DNA of 64,000 bases from Thermoanaerobaculia bacterium (GTDB lineage Bacteria; Acidobacteriota; Thermoanaerobaculia; Gp7-AA8): NCBI GenBank assembly GCA_036390755.1, contig DASWBH010000389.1:7269-71268 (forward strand), given 5' to 3'. Shown one piece after another: positions 47,594 to 57,490 of this stretch; the stretch's first letter is position 1, and each line of letters begins with the position of its first letter. Below the pieces are notes generated by a model. It was not told where the DNA came from, did no database searches, and saw only the letters and a list, made by a program, of their open reading frames with translations. Position numbers and translations under genes: made by a program.

Positions 47594-48750
47594 GCGAAGC
47601 GAGAACGGATGGTCACGCGGCTGCCATCGCGATAGATGCGCGGCACGCGCGCGCTGACGCTGCAGAAGACTTCGTACGCGATTGTACCGAGCTTCCTCGC
47701 GATCTCCTCGACGGGAATCGTCTCGCCATCCTGACTGCCCAGAAGAACCACCTCGTCGCCGAGCGATGCTCCGGGAATCGCGGTGACGTCGATCGTGATC
47801 AGGTCCATCGACACTCGGCCGACGATGGGCGCGCGGCGTCCGCGCACGATGACGTCGGCTCGATTCGAGAGCAGCCGGTTGTAACCGTCCGCATAGCCGA
47901 CCGGCAGCGTCGCGATCCGGCTCGGCACGATCGTGTGGAACGTCTCGCCGTAGCCGACCGGATGACCTTGCGGCAACGTCTTCAGCCGCGCGATCTCGGT
48001 GCGCCAGCGCATCACCGGCTCGAGGCGCGTGCCGCCGGTGTCGACCGCGTCCGCTCCGTAGAGCGCGATGCCGACGCGCGCGTACTCGCCGGGGCGGACG
48101 AGACCGCGCATCGTCGCGCCGCTGTTCGCGCGATGCTGCAGTGGCGCGCTGATGCCTGCGTCGCGGAGCACGTGAACGAGCCGGTCGAAATTGGCCGTTT
48201 GCACATCGGTGTAAGGATCGTCCGGATCGCTCGAATTCGCGAAGTGCGTGTAGATCGCGTCGAGCTTCAGCCGCGGCGCCGAGCGCAGGAGCTCGATCAC
48301 GCGCGGCAGCTCCGGCTCGGTCGAGCCCATGCGGCCCATCCCTGAGTCGATCTTCAGGTGAATGTGCACGTCGCGATCGCGCGCGACCTTCGCCGCGGCC
48401 TCGAGCTCCTCCGGGCCGGGAATCCCGACGGTCATGTCGTTCCCGGCCGCAACGGCGATCTGCCTCTCGTTCAGCGGGCCGAGGATGAGGATGGGCAGAG
48501 TGACGCCGGCGCGCCGGAGCTCGAGCGCTTCCTCGAGCATGATGATCGCGATCATCGCCACATGTTTCGCTGTGAGGCGCCTGGCGAGATCCGCGGCGCC
48601 GTGACCGTACGCGTTCGCCTTCATCACCGCCACGAGGCGGGCGCCTTCCGGCAGGCGGCGGCCGGCCGCTTCGACGTTGCGCACGAATGCGGCAGCGTCG
48701 ATGTCGACCCAGGTCGGCCGCATGGCCGTGAGATCAAGCGCTGTAGACAT
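47590..48750 (-). CDS. alr: Alanine racemase
   Basis: ..LVAVMKANAYGHGA.. (PLP lysine) and the C-terminal beta-domain. Confidence 0.9.
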   Translation of the reverse strand: MSTALDLTAMRPTWVDIDAAAFVRNVEAAGRRLPEGARLVAVMKANAYGHGAADLARRLTAKHVAMIAIIMLEEALELRRAGVTLPILILGPLNERQIAVAAGNDMTVGIPGPEELEAAAKVARDRDVHIHLKIDSGMGRMGSTEPELPRVIELLRSAPRLKLDAIYTHFANSSDPDDPYTDVQTANFDRLVHVLRDAGISAPLQHRANSGATMRGLVRPGEYARVGIALYGADAVDTGGTRLEPVMRWRTEIARLKTLPQGHPVGYGETFHTIVPSRIATLPVGYADGYNRLLSNRADVIVRGRRAPIVGRVSMDLITIDVTAIPGASLGDEVVLLGSQDGETIPVEEIARKLGTIAYEVFCSVSARVPRIYRDGSRVTIRSRFA

Positions 48751-49426
48751 TCAGGTTCTGCCCGTTCATCGGTCGCGACTCGTCCGAAGCGAGAAAGCGA
48801 ATCGTCCGCGCGATCTCCTCAGGGGTCATGTCGGCGGGCGCTCCGCCGCTCGCCTTCGCCCACATCGCGGTGTCGACCGATCCCGGGCTGACGCAGTTCA
48901 CGCGAATCCCATGCTCTTTCACTTCAACTGCCAACGCCTCGGTCAAGCCGATCACGGCGGCCTTGCTGGCGCAGTAGGAAACGAAGCCGGGGAACTTTTC
49001 CGGGCCGATGACGCCGGAGATCGAGGCCACGTTCACGATCACGCCACCGCGGCGCTCGATCATCGACGGCAGCGCACGGCGGCAGGTCAGAAACATCGAC
49101 CGGACGTTGACGGCGAACATACGATCCCAGCGGTCGGGAGTCGTCTTGACGAGCCGCTCGGGGTCGATCATGCCCGCGCAATTGACGAGAATGTCGCAGA
49201 CGCCGAGTCTGGTCGTCGCGTCGGCGAAGAGGCGCTCGACGTCCCGCTCGTCCGCGGCGTCGCCGCCGATCGCGACGACGCCGGCGATCGATTCGAGCTT
49301 CTCGCGCCTGCGCGCGAACGCCGCCACGCGGGCGCCGCTCGCCGCAAACAACTCTGCAGAGGCGCGTCCGATGCCGCTCGATGCGCCGGTCACGATCACG
49401 ACTCTGCCTTTGAACTCCGCGCTCAT
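48734..49426 (-). CDS. SDR family NAD(P)-dependent oxidoreductase
   Basis: VTGASSGIGRA, NCAG, and a YxxxK (YCASK) triad. Confidence 0.85.
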   Translation of the reverse strand: MSAEFKGRVVIVTGASSGIGRASAELFAASGARVAAFARRREKLESIAGVVAIGGDAADERDVERLFADATTRLGVCDILVNCAGMIDPERLVKTTPDRWDRMFAVNVRSMFLTCRRALPSMIERRGGVIVNVASISGVIGPEKFPGFVSYCASKAAVIGLTEALAVEVKEHGIRVNCVSPGSVDTAMWAKASGGAPADMTPEEIARTIRFLASDESRPMNGQNLNVYSA

Positions 49427-49489
49427 CGCGTGGACTTATAATCCGCCGCTGGTTACCCGACAAATGAAATCCGAGGGGAGCAACAGCCG

Positions 49490-50275
49490 ATGAATCAGGA
49501 TTTGAATACGTTGATCCAGGTCTTCCTGCGATGGGCTCACGTCGTCGCCGGCATCGCGTGGATCGGTCATCTCTACTTCTTCAACTGGGTCAACGGGCCG
49601 TTCCAGGCGAAGATCGACGGACCGACGAAGCGCGCCGTGAACCCCGAGCTGATGCCGCGCGCGCTCTACTGGTTCCGCTGGGGGGCCGCGTGGACGTGGA
49701 TCACCGGCATTCTCCTGGCGGGGCTCATCTACTATTCGGCGAAGACGGTGCTGTTCGAGCAGGATCTCGTCGGCAATCCGTGGCTCTGGCTGGCCATCGT
49801 GCTGATCACGCTGGCCGTGGGCTTCGTCGTCTACAACGCGATCATGAAAGCGGTCGCGAACAAAGTAGCCGGCGCCGCGATCTGCATCGTGCTCTTTGCG
49901 GGCGTGTGGCTGTTCCTCGAGTACGTCGGACACTTCAGCGGCCGCGCGCTCTACATTCACGGCGGTGCAATTTTCGGCACGATGATGGCGCTCAACGTCT
50001 GGATGGTCATCTGGCCGATGCAGCAAAAGATCATCTCTGCGACGAAAGCGGGCTCGCCGCTGCCGGCCGACTCGCCCGAAGTGAAGATCGCCGGACTGCG
50101 ATCGCGGCACAACACGTACATGTCCGTTCCGCTGATCTTCTTCATGATCAGCAATCACTATCCGACGATGTACGGCCAGCCGTTCCGCGACTGGTGCGCC
50201 GGCGGCGTCATCGTCATCGGTTTCTTCGTCACGTGGCTTCTGTACAAGCAGGCCGGAAAGGTTCAGGGGTTCTAG
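49490..50275 (+). CDS. Polytopic membrane protein with conserved His/Trp-rich helices (DUF989/PuuD N-terminal-like)
   Basis: ..FLRWAHVVAGIAWIGHLYFFNWVN.. and ..HFSGRALYIHGGAIFGTMMALNVWMVIWP.. The assignment is by remembered pattern only. Confidence 0.45.
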   Translation: MNQDLNTLIQVFLRWAHVVAGIAWIGHLYFFNWVNGPFQAKIDGPTKRAVNPELMPRALYWFRWGAAWTWITGILLAGLIYYSAKTVLFEQDLVGNPWLWLAIVLITLAVGFVVYNAIMKAVANKVAGAAICIVLFAGVWLFLEYVGHFSGRALYIHGGAIFGTMMALNVWMVIWPMQQKIISATKAGSPLPADSPEVKIAGLRSRHNTYMSVPLIFFMISNHYPTMYGQPFRDWCAGGVIVIGFFVTWLLYKQAGKVQGF

Positions 50276-50281
50276 AAAGCG

Positions 50282-51070
50282 GTGCGGCTCCTTCAGATCG
50301 ACGCGTTCACCGACCAGCCGTTTCGCGGCAATCCGGCAGCGGTCTGTCTGCTCGAGCGCGAGCGGGACGCAACCTGGATGCAGCAGGTGGGAGCGGAGAT
50401 GAATCTCTCCGAGACCGCATTCCTGCTGCCGCGCGCGGACGGCTGGTCGCTGCGATGGTTCACGCCGACCGTGGAGGTCGACCTCTGCGGCCACGCGACG
50501 CTCGCCAGCGCGCACGCGCTCTGGTCCGAACAGTTGCTCAATCCGGATGAGACGGCGCACTTCCATACGCGCAGCGGCCTTTTGACGGCATCGCTGAACG
50601 GCGACTGGATCGAGCTCGACTTCCCGGTGACGCGCGAATCGAAATCCGACGCGCCGCCTGGACTGCTCGAAGCGCTCGGCGTCCCCAAGCCGCTCTACGT
50701 CGGGAAGAACAAGTTCGACTACCTCGTCGAAGTCGAATCGGAAGAGGCCGTACGCGCGATCAATCCGGATTACGCGCGTCTCCGCCAGATCCCCGTGCGA
50801 GGCGTCATCGTGACGAGCCGGGCCGCGAACGGCCAGCACGACTTCGTCTCCCGCTTCTTCGCTCCGGCATCAGGCGTCAACGAGGATCCGGTAACCGGAT
50901 CGGCCCACTGCTGCCTGACGCCGTACTGGGCGGCGAAGCTCGGGAAGGCTGAGATGGTCGCGTATCAGGCGTCCAAACGCGGCGGCATTCTTCGCGTGCG
51001 ACTCAACGGCGATCGCGTCCGCCTCGGCGGGCGAGCCGTCACCATCTTCCGCGGCCGGCTGAACGTGTAG
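50282..51070 (+). CDS. PhzF family phenazine-biosynthesis-like isomerase
   Basis: MRLLQIDAFTDQPFRGNPAAVC.. and ..PVTGSAHCCLTPYWA.. Confidence 0.85.
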   Translation: MRLLQIDAFTDQPFRGNPAAVCLLERERDATWMQQVGAEMNLSETAFLLPRADGWSLRWFTPTVEVDLCGHATLASAHALWSEQLLNPDETAHFHTRSGLLTASLNGDWIELDFPVTRESKSDAPPGLLEALGVPKPLYVGKNKFDYLVEVESEEAVRAINPDYARLRQIPVRGVIVTSRAANGQHDFVSRFFAPASGVNEDPVTGSAHCCLTPYWAAKLGKAEMVAYQASKRGGILRVRLNGDRVRLGGRAVTIFRGRLNV

Positions 51071-51072
51071 CG

Positions 51073-51525
51073 ATGCTCCGCATCGAGCGTGCGACCGATA
51101 TGTCGCTCGTACGCGAACTGCTCGAGGAGTACGGCCGCTCGACGCACGTCGATCTCTCGTTTCAGAACTTCGACCACGAGCTGCGCACGCTGCCTCACGA
51201 ATACGATCCGATTCTCGTCGCCTGGCTTGACGACGCGCTCGCGGGATGTGTCGCGTTGCGGCGGATCGATGGCGAGACGTGCGAGATGAAGCGCCTGTAC
51301 GTGCGGCCGGCCTTTCGCGGAAGAGCCCTCGGGCGGACGCTCGCTGACGCAATCATCGCGGAGGCCAGACAGCGCGGCTTCGCGCGCATGCGTCTCGATA
51401 CGCTACCGTCGATGCGCGAAGCGATGTCGCTCTACGAGTCGCTCGGCTTCGTCGACATCGACGCCTATCGCTTCAACCCGATCGCTGGATCGCGCTACAT
51501 GGAGCTCGATCTCCACCGCGCGTAG
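51073..51525 (+). CDS. GNAT family N-acetyltransferase
   Basis: ..CEMKRLYVRPAFRGRALGRTLADAIIAEARQRGFARMRLDT.. (motif A). Confidence 0.8.
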   Translation: MLRIERATDMSLVRELLEEYGRSTHVDLSFQNFDHELRTLPHEYDPILVAWLDDALAGCVALRRIDGETCEMKRLYVRPAFRGRALGRTLADAIIAEARQRGFARMRLDTLPSMREAMSLYESLGFVDIDAYRFNPIAGSRYMELDLHRA

Positions 51526-51610
51526 ACGAATTTGACGGCGCGCCACAAGTCGTGGTGCACGCCGGACGCGCGCACCACAAGCGCCGGATCCGTGTCGCTA
51601 GAATGCCCGC

Positions 51611-52636
51611 ATGAATATCCGGGAGACGCTTGAACGCATCGAGCACGACACCCTCGTGCCTCAGGCCGCACTGAGCGCGAACACGCGCGGCCGCGATCGC
51701 GAAGAGCCGGAAGACGACATCCGCCCGTCGTATCAGCGCGACCGCGACCGCATCGTGCACTGCAAGGCGTTCCGCCGGCTCAAGCACAAAACGCAGGTGT
51801 TCCTGGCACCGGAAGGCGATCACTACCGAACGCGGCTGACGCACGTGCTCGAAGTGACGCAGATCGCGCGCACGATCGCGAAGTCCCTCCTCCTCAACGA
51901 AATCCTCACCGAAGCCATCGGCCTCGGCCACGACCTCGGTCACTCCGCATTCGGCCACGCCGGCGAAGCCGCGCTCAACAAGCTCGTCAAAGGCGGCTTC
52001 GATCACTACCGCCAGTCCGTGCGCGTCGTCGAGAAACTCGAGAATGACGGCCGCGGACTCAACCTCACGATCGAAGTTCGCGACGGAATCCTGAAGCACT
52101 CGAAAGGTCAGAAAGGCGAGCTGCTGCGGTCACGGCCGAAATCGCGGGCCATGACGCTCGAAGGAGACATCGTCCGCATCTCCGACATCATCGCGTACGT
52201 CAACCACGACATCGACGACGGCATCCGCGCCGGCATCATCAGCGCGGCCGACATACCCGCCGACATCCGCCGGACCCTCGGCGACACCGCGGGTGAGCGC
52301 ATCGATCGCATGGTGCGCAACGTCATCAACGCCACGCTTGCGTGCGACTACGAAGCGATTTCGATGTCTCCCGAAATCTACGAAGCGCTCGAAGCGCTGC
52401 GCACGTACATGTTCGAGAACATGTACCTCACACCCGCAGTGCGCGGCGAATTCGAGAAAGCGCAGAAGATCCTGATCGCACTCTTCGAATACGTCACGTC
52501 ACATCCAGATGAGTTTCTGGGTCCGGTGCTCGACGAGCCCGTTGAACGGCTGGCCATCGACTTCGTCGCCGGAATGACCGACCGCTACGCCATGAATCTC
52601 TACGCCAGACTCTTCCTTCCACGGCCGTGGAACTGA
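51611..52636 (+). CDS. dGTP triphosphohydrolase-like HD-domain phosphohydrolase
   Basis: ..DRDRIVHCKAFRRLKHKTQVF..RTRLTHVLEVTQIARTIA..GHDLGHSAFGHAGE.. (HD motif). Confidence 0.82.
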   Translation: MNIRETLERIEHDTLVPQAALSANTRGRDREEPEDDIRPSYQRDRDRIVHCKAFRRLKHKTQVFLAPEGDHYRTRLTHVLEVTQIARTIAKSLLLNEILTEAIGLGHDLGHSAFGHAGEAALNKLVKGGFDHYRQSVRVVEKLENDGRGLNLTIEVRDGILKHSKGQKGELLRSRPKSRAMTLEGDIVRISDIIAYVNHDIDDGIRAGIISAADIPADIRRTLGDTAGERIDRMVRNVINATLACDYEAISMSPEIYEALEALRTYMFENMYLTPAVRGEFEKAQKILIALFEYVTSHPDEFLGPVLDEPVERLAIDFVAGMTDRYAMNLYARLFLPRPWN

Positions 52637-52644
52637 CAGAAAAC

Positions 52645-52677
52645 AAAAAGCGTCCGACGTACACCGGACGCTTTTTC
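52645..52677. terminator. Rho-independent terminator, bidirectional (dgt-like gene on + and hup on -)
   Basis: AAAAAGCGTCCG-acgtacac-CGGACGCTTTTT: a perfect 11-bp stem flanked by an A-run and a T-run. Confidence 0.65.
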
Positions 52678-52700
52678 AGCAGCTCCGAACTGTGATTGGA

Positions 52701-53012
52701 TCAGCGCCGCGCGCGCGACGCACCGCCGCGCCGGGCCGCGTTCAGGGAGTCACGAAGATCTTTCCCGGCTTTGAATCGAACGTTCTTCGACGCCGGGATG
52801 TTGATCTTCTCCTTCGTCCGCGGATTGCGACCCTCACGCGCTTTCCGCTGGCTCACCGAGAAGCTTCCGAGACCAGGGATCGCGCAGCGCTCACCACGCT
52901 GGCACGAGTCGGAGATGTAACCGACGAACGCATCAAACGCAGCCGAGGCCTCCTTTTTGGATATGCCGGCCTGCTCGGCGATGGCGGTGATGACGTCACC
53001 CTTACCTGCCAT
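52701..53012 (-). CDS. hup: HU family DNA-binding protein with basic C-terminal tail
   Basis: MAGKGDVITAIAEQAGISKKEASAAFDAFVGYISDS..GLGSFSVSQRKAREGRNPRT.., with an Arg-rich tail. Confidence 0.85.
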   Translation of the reverse strand: MAGKGDVITAIAEQAGISKKEASAAFDAFVGYISDSCQRGERCAIPGLGSFSVSQRKAREGRNPRTKEKINIPASKNVRFKAGKDLRDSLNAARRGGASRARR

Positions 53013-53087
53013 GTTGTTCCTCCTGTTGTGTTGCGGGGAAAAAGAGATTTGATTGCTGCGAGGTCGCTCGACAATCTAGGAAAAGAG

Positions 53088-55115
53088 TCAGGGATTGTCA
53101 ACGGGATTCTCCCGCTGAATTTCTGCTTCATTTCGCGCACGTTGATCTGCATCACTGCGCCGCACGCGTCGAAGTGCATCAAGGTAACCGCGTAACACAG
53201 AAATCACCTGCGCGTGACTCCATGTGAGCGGCGCAACCGAGAGGGGCTGACCGTCATACGGGTCGATCTGCTCCGGTAAGACGAGAGATGGGAGCGCTTT
53301 CGATTGCGCCCAGCGGACGAGGTCGAGGGCCGATTGCAGCTCGGCCACCGTCGTCGCGCGGGAAATCGTGTGTTCAGCCAGCCACAACGTGCAAATCAGC
53401 CAGGGATTGCCGGGAACGCGGGTCACCTCCTCGGAGATGCGGTGGTAAGAGTCGCCTTCGTAACGTGCGACGCCGCCGACTTCCGTCTGCACCCACAGAT
53501 GCTCGCGAATTGCTTCCATCGTTCCGCCTACAACCGCGCTCGTCGGAGGAAACACGTCGAGATACGCGACTGCGAACGTCGACGCATCGACCGTTTTGTC
53601 GAGATCGAGCTCGTCGCCGCGGACGATGAGTCCGCGGGCGAAGCGCCTCTCATCCTCGAGCCACAGGTGACGCATCATCGCTTCGCGCACCTCGGTCGCA
53701 GCGGACGAGTACGTGTGCCGCCGCTCCTGATCGTTGAAGATGTTCGCGATCTCCGCCGCAGCCGTGAGTCCGGCGCAGACAGCGGCGCACGTGAACGTGA
53801 AGACGCCCTGTCGCTCCTCCCACATGTCGAAACTCGGCAGCGGCAGATGCGTCTCCGGATCGCGGTATCGCATCATGAACTCCGCCGGCTGAACGACGAG
53901 CCGCCGGTACACGGACCGAAGCAGCTCGAGGTCGCGCGTGCGCTCATAGTGGCGGCGGACGAGTCGGACCACGAGCGCCGTCTCGTCCTCCTGAATCGGC
54001 AGCTGCGGCTTGCCGTTACGCACCCACGGATGCCATAGCGAGGCGAGCGAGCCGTCAGGGTTGTACTTGTGCAGCAGGTAACCGTCTTCCTTGATGATGC
54101 TGTGCACGAACTGCAGAAAGCGGCGCGTGATCTCGGGAAACCCGGCGCGATCCAGAGCGTCGCAGATGAACGCGCCGTCCCGGGCCCACATGTAGGAGTA
54201 GTGGTCGTTGTGACCCCACTGGATGTCGGAGTCGTTCGCCGCTAGAACCGCGCCGCCGTTGTCGCATTGCGTTCGGATGATCAGCAGCGAACGGCGATAG
54301 AAGTTGATGACCTCGTCGGGAAGGTCGCTGAGGTCGTCGTCGGGCTTGTGAACCCAGGTATACCAGTACGAGGCGGTGCGGGCGAGCACGCGCGAGGCGC
54401 CCTCGTCGCGGACGGCGCGATCGAGTTTCCTCACGTCGTCGTAGCGTTTGCCTGCGCAGATCCAGTACATCACCGTCGAGCTCCCGAACGGCTCCAGGTG
54501 CACGGGAATCGCCACGGTCGAATCGACCGAGCCCTGCGCGATCGGCGTCATGGACAGCTCGCCGTCCTCGGCATCGCGCCATGTGCCTTCCGTTCCACCG
54601 ATGCCGCTGCGGCCGCAGGCGTATTCGGGGATGCCGACCTGGCCGTCCGTCGACGCGTTGATCAGGAAATAGCGTCGCGCTTTGTAGTGAATGATGCTGC
54701 GCGAGTCCGGATCGAACATCGCCGTGTCGCCGATCGCGGTGCCGTAGAGGTTCAGGTCCTGATGGAGGAAGAGCTTGACGTCGCGCTTCTCGTTCCGGGT
54801 GTTGCGCACGACGATCTTGCGCACGTAGACGTTCGCGTCAGCATCGACGGCGTCGTAGCAATTGAGGCGCAGCCCGAGCTCTTCGTTTTCGCAGACGACG
54901 TCGGTCACCAGCGTGTCGCGCAGGTAGCCGAGGGTCCTGCGCCATTGCGGCTGCTCGATCCAGCGGAGCGCGTCGTCGGCCCAGACACCGAACCGGAACC
55001 GCGCCGCCGCGTGGTTCTCCATCCCGACGTGCGGGAAGTAGAAGTCGGCAAGACGGTACTGCGAATCGAACGCGATCAGGAGTGAGCCGTTGCCGATTGG
55101 TAAGTCGCGGGGCAT
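53088..55115 (-). CDS. Glycoside hydrolase family 15 protein (glucoamylase/trehalase-like)
   Basis: N-terminal beta-sandwich plus an (alpha/alpha)6 catalytic domain (..WVRNGKPQLPIQEDETALVV.., ..GHNDHYSYMWARDGAF..). Confidence 0.78.
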   Translation of the reverse strand: MPRDLPIGNGSLLIAFDSQYRLADFYFPHVGMENHAAARFRFGVWADDALRWIEQPQWRRTLGYLRDTLVTDVVCENEELGLRLNCYDAVDADANVYVRKIVVRNTRNEKRDVKLFLHQDLNLYGTAIGDTAMFDPDSRSIIHYKARRYFLINASTDGQVGIPEYACGRSGIGGTEGTWRDAEDGELSMTPIAQGSVDSTVAIPVHLEPFGSSTVMYWICAGKRYDDVRKLDRAVRDEGASRVLARTASYWYTWVHKPDDDLSDLPDEVINFYRRSLLIIRTQCDNGGAVLAANDSDIQWGHNDHYSYMWARDGAFICDALDRAGFPEITRRFLQFVHSIIKEDGYLLHKYNPDGSLASLWHPWVRNGKPQLPIQEDETALVVRLVRRHYERTRDLELLRSVYRRLVVQPAEFMMRYRDPETHLPLPSFDMWEERQGVFTFTCAAVCAGLTAAAEIANIFNDQERRHTYSSAATEVREAMMRHLWLEDERRFARGLIVRGDELDLDKTVDASTFAVAYLDVFPPTSAVVGGTMEAIREHLWVQTEVGGVARYEGDSYHRISEEVTRVPGNPWLICTLWLAEHTISRATTVAELQSALDLVRWAQSKALPSLVLPEQIDPYDGQPLSVAPLTWSHAQVISVLRGYLDALRRVRRSDADQRARNEAEIQRENPVDNP

Positions 55116-55138
55116 CGTCAGGTTGCGGGTGCGTCAGT

Positions 55139-56311
55139 TTATCGCGATCGCCGCAGCGCGAATGCCGTAAAGCCGTCCGCGCCGCTCTCCGGCGTGAGGC
55201 GTAATACACCGTTTTCTACCCATCGCAGCGCGGCTCCGTCGACAAAACGCGCAACGTCATCGCGGACGAAATCCGACCGCTCGCGCAGGACGAAGTCGAT
55301 GACCTCATCGTTCTCTTCCGGCTCGAGCGAGCAGGTCGAGTAGACGACCTCGTTCTCCGCGAGCTCGAGCGCCGATGCCAGCAACGATTTCTGCAGCTCC
55401 GCGAACGCGGGGAGATCGGATTCGCGCAGGCGCCACTTGATCTCGGGATTCTTGCGGATCGTACCGGTCGCGCTGCACGGAGCGTCGAGCAGCACGACCG
55501 AAAACCGCCTGCGAAACGGAGGCTGCCGCCCGTCCGCGACAAGCAGGCGTGCTTGACGTCCGACGAGCGGTTGAAGGCGCCTCATCGACACGTCGCTGCT
55601 CGTCACCTTCAGTCCGCGGCTCTGCATGAACAGCGTCTTGCCGCCCGGCGCGGCCGCCATGTCGAGCACTTCGTTGCCGGCGTGCGACGCGATCGAGGCG
55701 ATCAGCGCGCTGCCTTCATCCATCGGATAGAACTGCTCGCGATCCAGATCCGCCGACGATCCGCGAAGTTTGAAGACATCCGGGGCAAGCGCCGAACGCT
55801 CCGCATCCGCCGGCACGGCGCCTTCGAGCGCCAGAACGTCCGGATACGACAACTGCTGGTTTGCCTCGGCGATCGCCGCCGCGCGAGCCTCGCCGTACAT
55901 TTTCGACCAGCGATCGAGCAGCCACTGCGGATGCGCGACTCGCGTGGCGAGGTCCGGCGGATCGGGCAGGCCTCTCGTCGCGCGGCGAAGGACGGCGTTG
56001 ACGAACCCGCGGGCGCGCTTCGGCGCGAGCTCCACGCTTTCCGACACCGCGGCGTACGAAGCGACTTCCATGAAGTGAAGCTGATACAGGCCGACACGGA
56101 GGACGTCGACGACCAGCGCGTCGAGCTTGTTGATGCGCCGGTCCGCGAACGTCTCGATCGCGTGGTCGAGCATCGATCGCCAACGAAGGACGCCGAGCAC
56201 AAGCGAACGGACAAAACCGGGCTCGCCGATCAGCGCGATCGTCGCGTAGAGGTTCTCGTTCTGGATCCGGCGCAGCACCTCGAGCGCACGCTGCCGCTCC
56301 GTCACGGCCAC
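55139..56311 (-). CDS. rsmB: 16S rRNA (cytosine-C5)-methyltransferase RsmB/Sun family
   Basis: N-terminal NusB-like domain and a methyltransferase core (..DMAAAPGGKT.., ..LLDAPCSATGTIRKNPE..). Confidence 0.85.
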   Translation of the reverse strand: MAVTERQRALEVLRRIQNENLYATIALIGEPGFVRSLVLGVLRWRSMLDHAIETFADRRINKLDALVVDVLRVGLYQLHFMEVASYAAVSESVELAPKRARGFVNAVLRRATRGLPDPPDLATRVAHPQWLLDRWSKMYGEARAAAIAEANQQLSYPDVLALEGAVPADAERSALAPDVFKLRGSSADLDREQFYPMDEGSALIASIASHAGNEVLDMAAAPGGKTLFMQSRGLKVTSSDVSMRRLQPLVGRQARLLVADGRQPPFRRRFSVVLLDAPCSATGTIRKNPEIKWRLRESDLPAFAELQKSLLASALELAENEVVYSTCSLEPEENDEVIDFVLRERSDFVRDDVARFVDGAALRWVENGVLRLTPESGADGFTAFALRRSR

Positions 56312-57159
56312 CCGATTCCTCTCGCCACATCCTCGGCGGGTGCCTTCGGTTTGCCGGGACGCTGAAGCGTAATGAGTCGAAGTCCGTTGACGACCAGAGT
56401 GCCGTGCGCCGGCGCGTTGCGATCGGCGGGCAGCAGGTCGATGATCTTGATGCTCTCGCCGTTCACGTCGAAGCAGACTCCGGGCCAGGGATCAAATGCG
56501 CGGAACTTGTTGTAGATCGTCTGGGGAGGCTCGGAAAACGTGATCAGCCCTTCGTGCTTTTCGATTTTCGGCGCGAGCGTCGCCCGAGAGTGATCCTGCG
56601 GCGTGCCGGGCGAGAGCTCGCGCAGCGTTCGCACGAGCAGATCACCGCCGAGCTTCGACAGGCGCGCGAAGAGCGACGGCGCGCGCTCGTCCGGACCGAT
56701 CTGCGCCGGCTCGATCGCCAGGATCGGGCCGTGGTCGAGCTCCTCGTCGACGCGCATGATGGTGACGCCAGTGGTCGTCTCGCCTGCTTCGATCGCGCGC
56801 TGGACCGGCGCGGCGCCGCGGTACTCCGGAAGAACGGATGCGTGGACGTTGAAGAAACCTTCGCGCGGGATGTCCAGCAAGTGCTTCGGCAGGATCTTGC
56901 CGTACGCGATGACGACCGCAGCGTCAGGTGCGATCGCCTCGACGCGCCGCAGGAACTCGGGATCGCGGATCTTCGGCGGTTGCGCGACGTCGAGTCCAAG
57001 CTGGCGCGCTCTCGAGACGAGTGGCGGCTCGTGCATCTTCATGCCACGGCCGGCCGGCCGGTCCGGCTGCGCGACGACGAGCGCGATCTCGTGCTCGCGC
57101 GCAACCGCCTCGAGCGTTGGGATCGCAAACTCCGGAGTGCCGAAGAAGACCACGCGCAC
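56302..57159 (-). CDS. fmt: Methionyl-tRNA formyltransferase
   Basis: MRVVFFGTPEFAIPTLEAV.. and ..NVHASVLPEYRGAAPVQRAIEAG.. Confidence 0.9.
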   Translation of the reverse strand: MRVVFFGTPEFAIPTLEAVAREHEIALVVAQPDRPAGRGMKMHEPPLVSRARQLGLDVAQPPKIRDPEFLRRVEAIAPDAAVVIAYGKILPKHLLDIPREGFFNVHASVLPEYRGAAPVQRAIEAGETTTGVTIMRVDEELDHGPILAIEPAQIGPDERAPSLFARLSKLGGDLLVRTLRELSPGTPQDHSRATLAPKIEKHEGLITFSEPPQTIYNKFRAFDPWPGVCFDVNGESIKIIDLLPADRNAPAHGTLVVNGLRLITLQRPGKPKAPAEDVARGIGWP

Positions 57160-57173
57160 GGCCGCGCATCATG

Positions 57174-57464
57174 TCACGTGGTCGTTTTCGTCGCCGGCGC
57201 CTGATCCTTCACCCCGGTCGTGGTCGGCAGTGGCGGCGTCACTTCCTTCCGCGTGATGTTATTCCCCTCGGCTCCCGTGCTCGGCTCCGGCGCAGCGGCC
57301 GGCATGCCGTGCGCTGACGGCGTCTGAGACTTCTTCTGCGGGGGGTGCATCATCGCCGGCGGGGCGTTCTGGTAGTCGCGCGGCACGGGCTCGCCGCGGC
57401 ACGCGGCAATTGCGAGGAGAAACAGGATCAGCGATGCGCGTCGCACGGCTGGGGATGAGTTCAA
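57174..57464 (-). CDS. Small Pro/Thr-rich lipoprotein (hypothetical)
   Basis: Lipobox LLAIAAC, followed by a low-complexity P/A/T-rich tail. Confidence 0.4.
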   Translation of the reverse strand: MNSSPAVRRASLILFLLAIAACRGEPVPRDYQNAPPAMMHPPQKKSQTPSAHGMPAAAPEPSTGAEGNNITRKEVTPPLPTTTGVKDQAPATKTTT

Positions 57465-57490
57465 ATAGAATGCCGGGCACAGGAGGCCTC

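Noticed and set aside
49490-50275. Assigning the 261-aa His-rich membrane protein as urate hydroxylase PuuD
   Set aside because: Only the N-terminal membrane module pattern is matched from memory. The protein is too short for full-length PuuD and I cannot verify heme c motifs. It is kept as a generic DUF989-like membrane protein.
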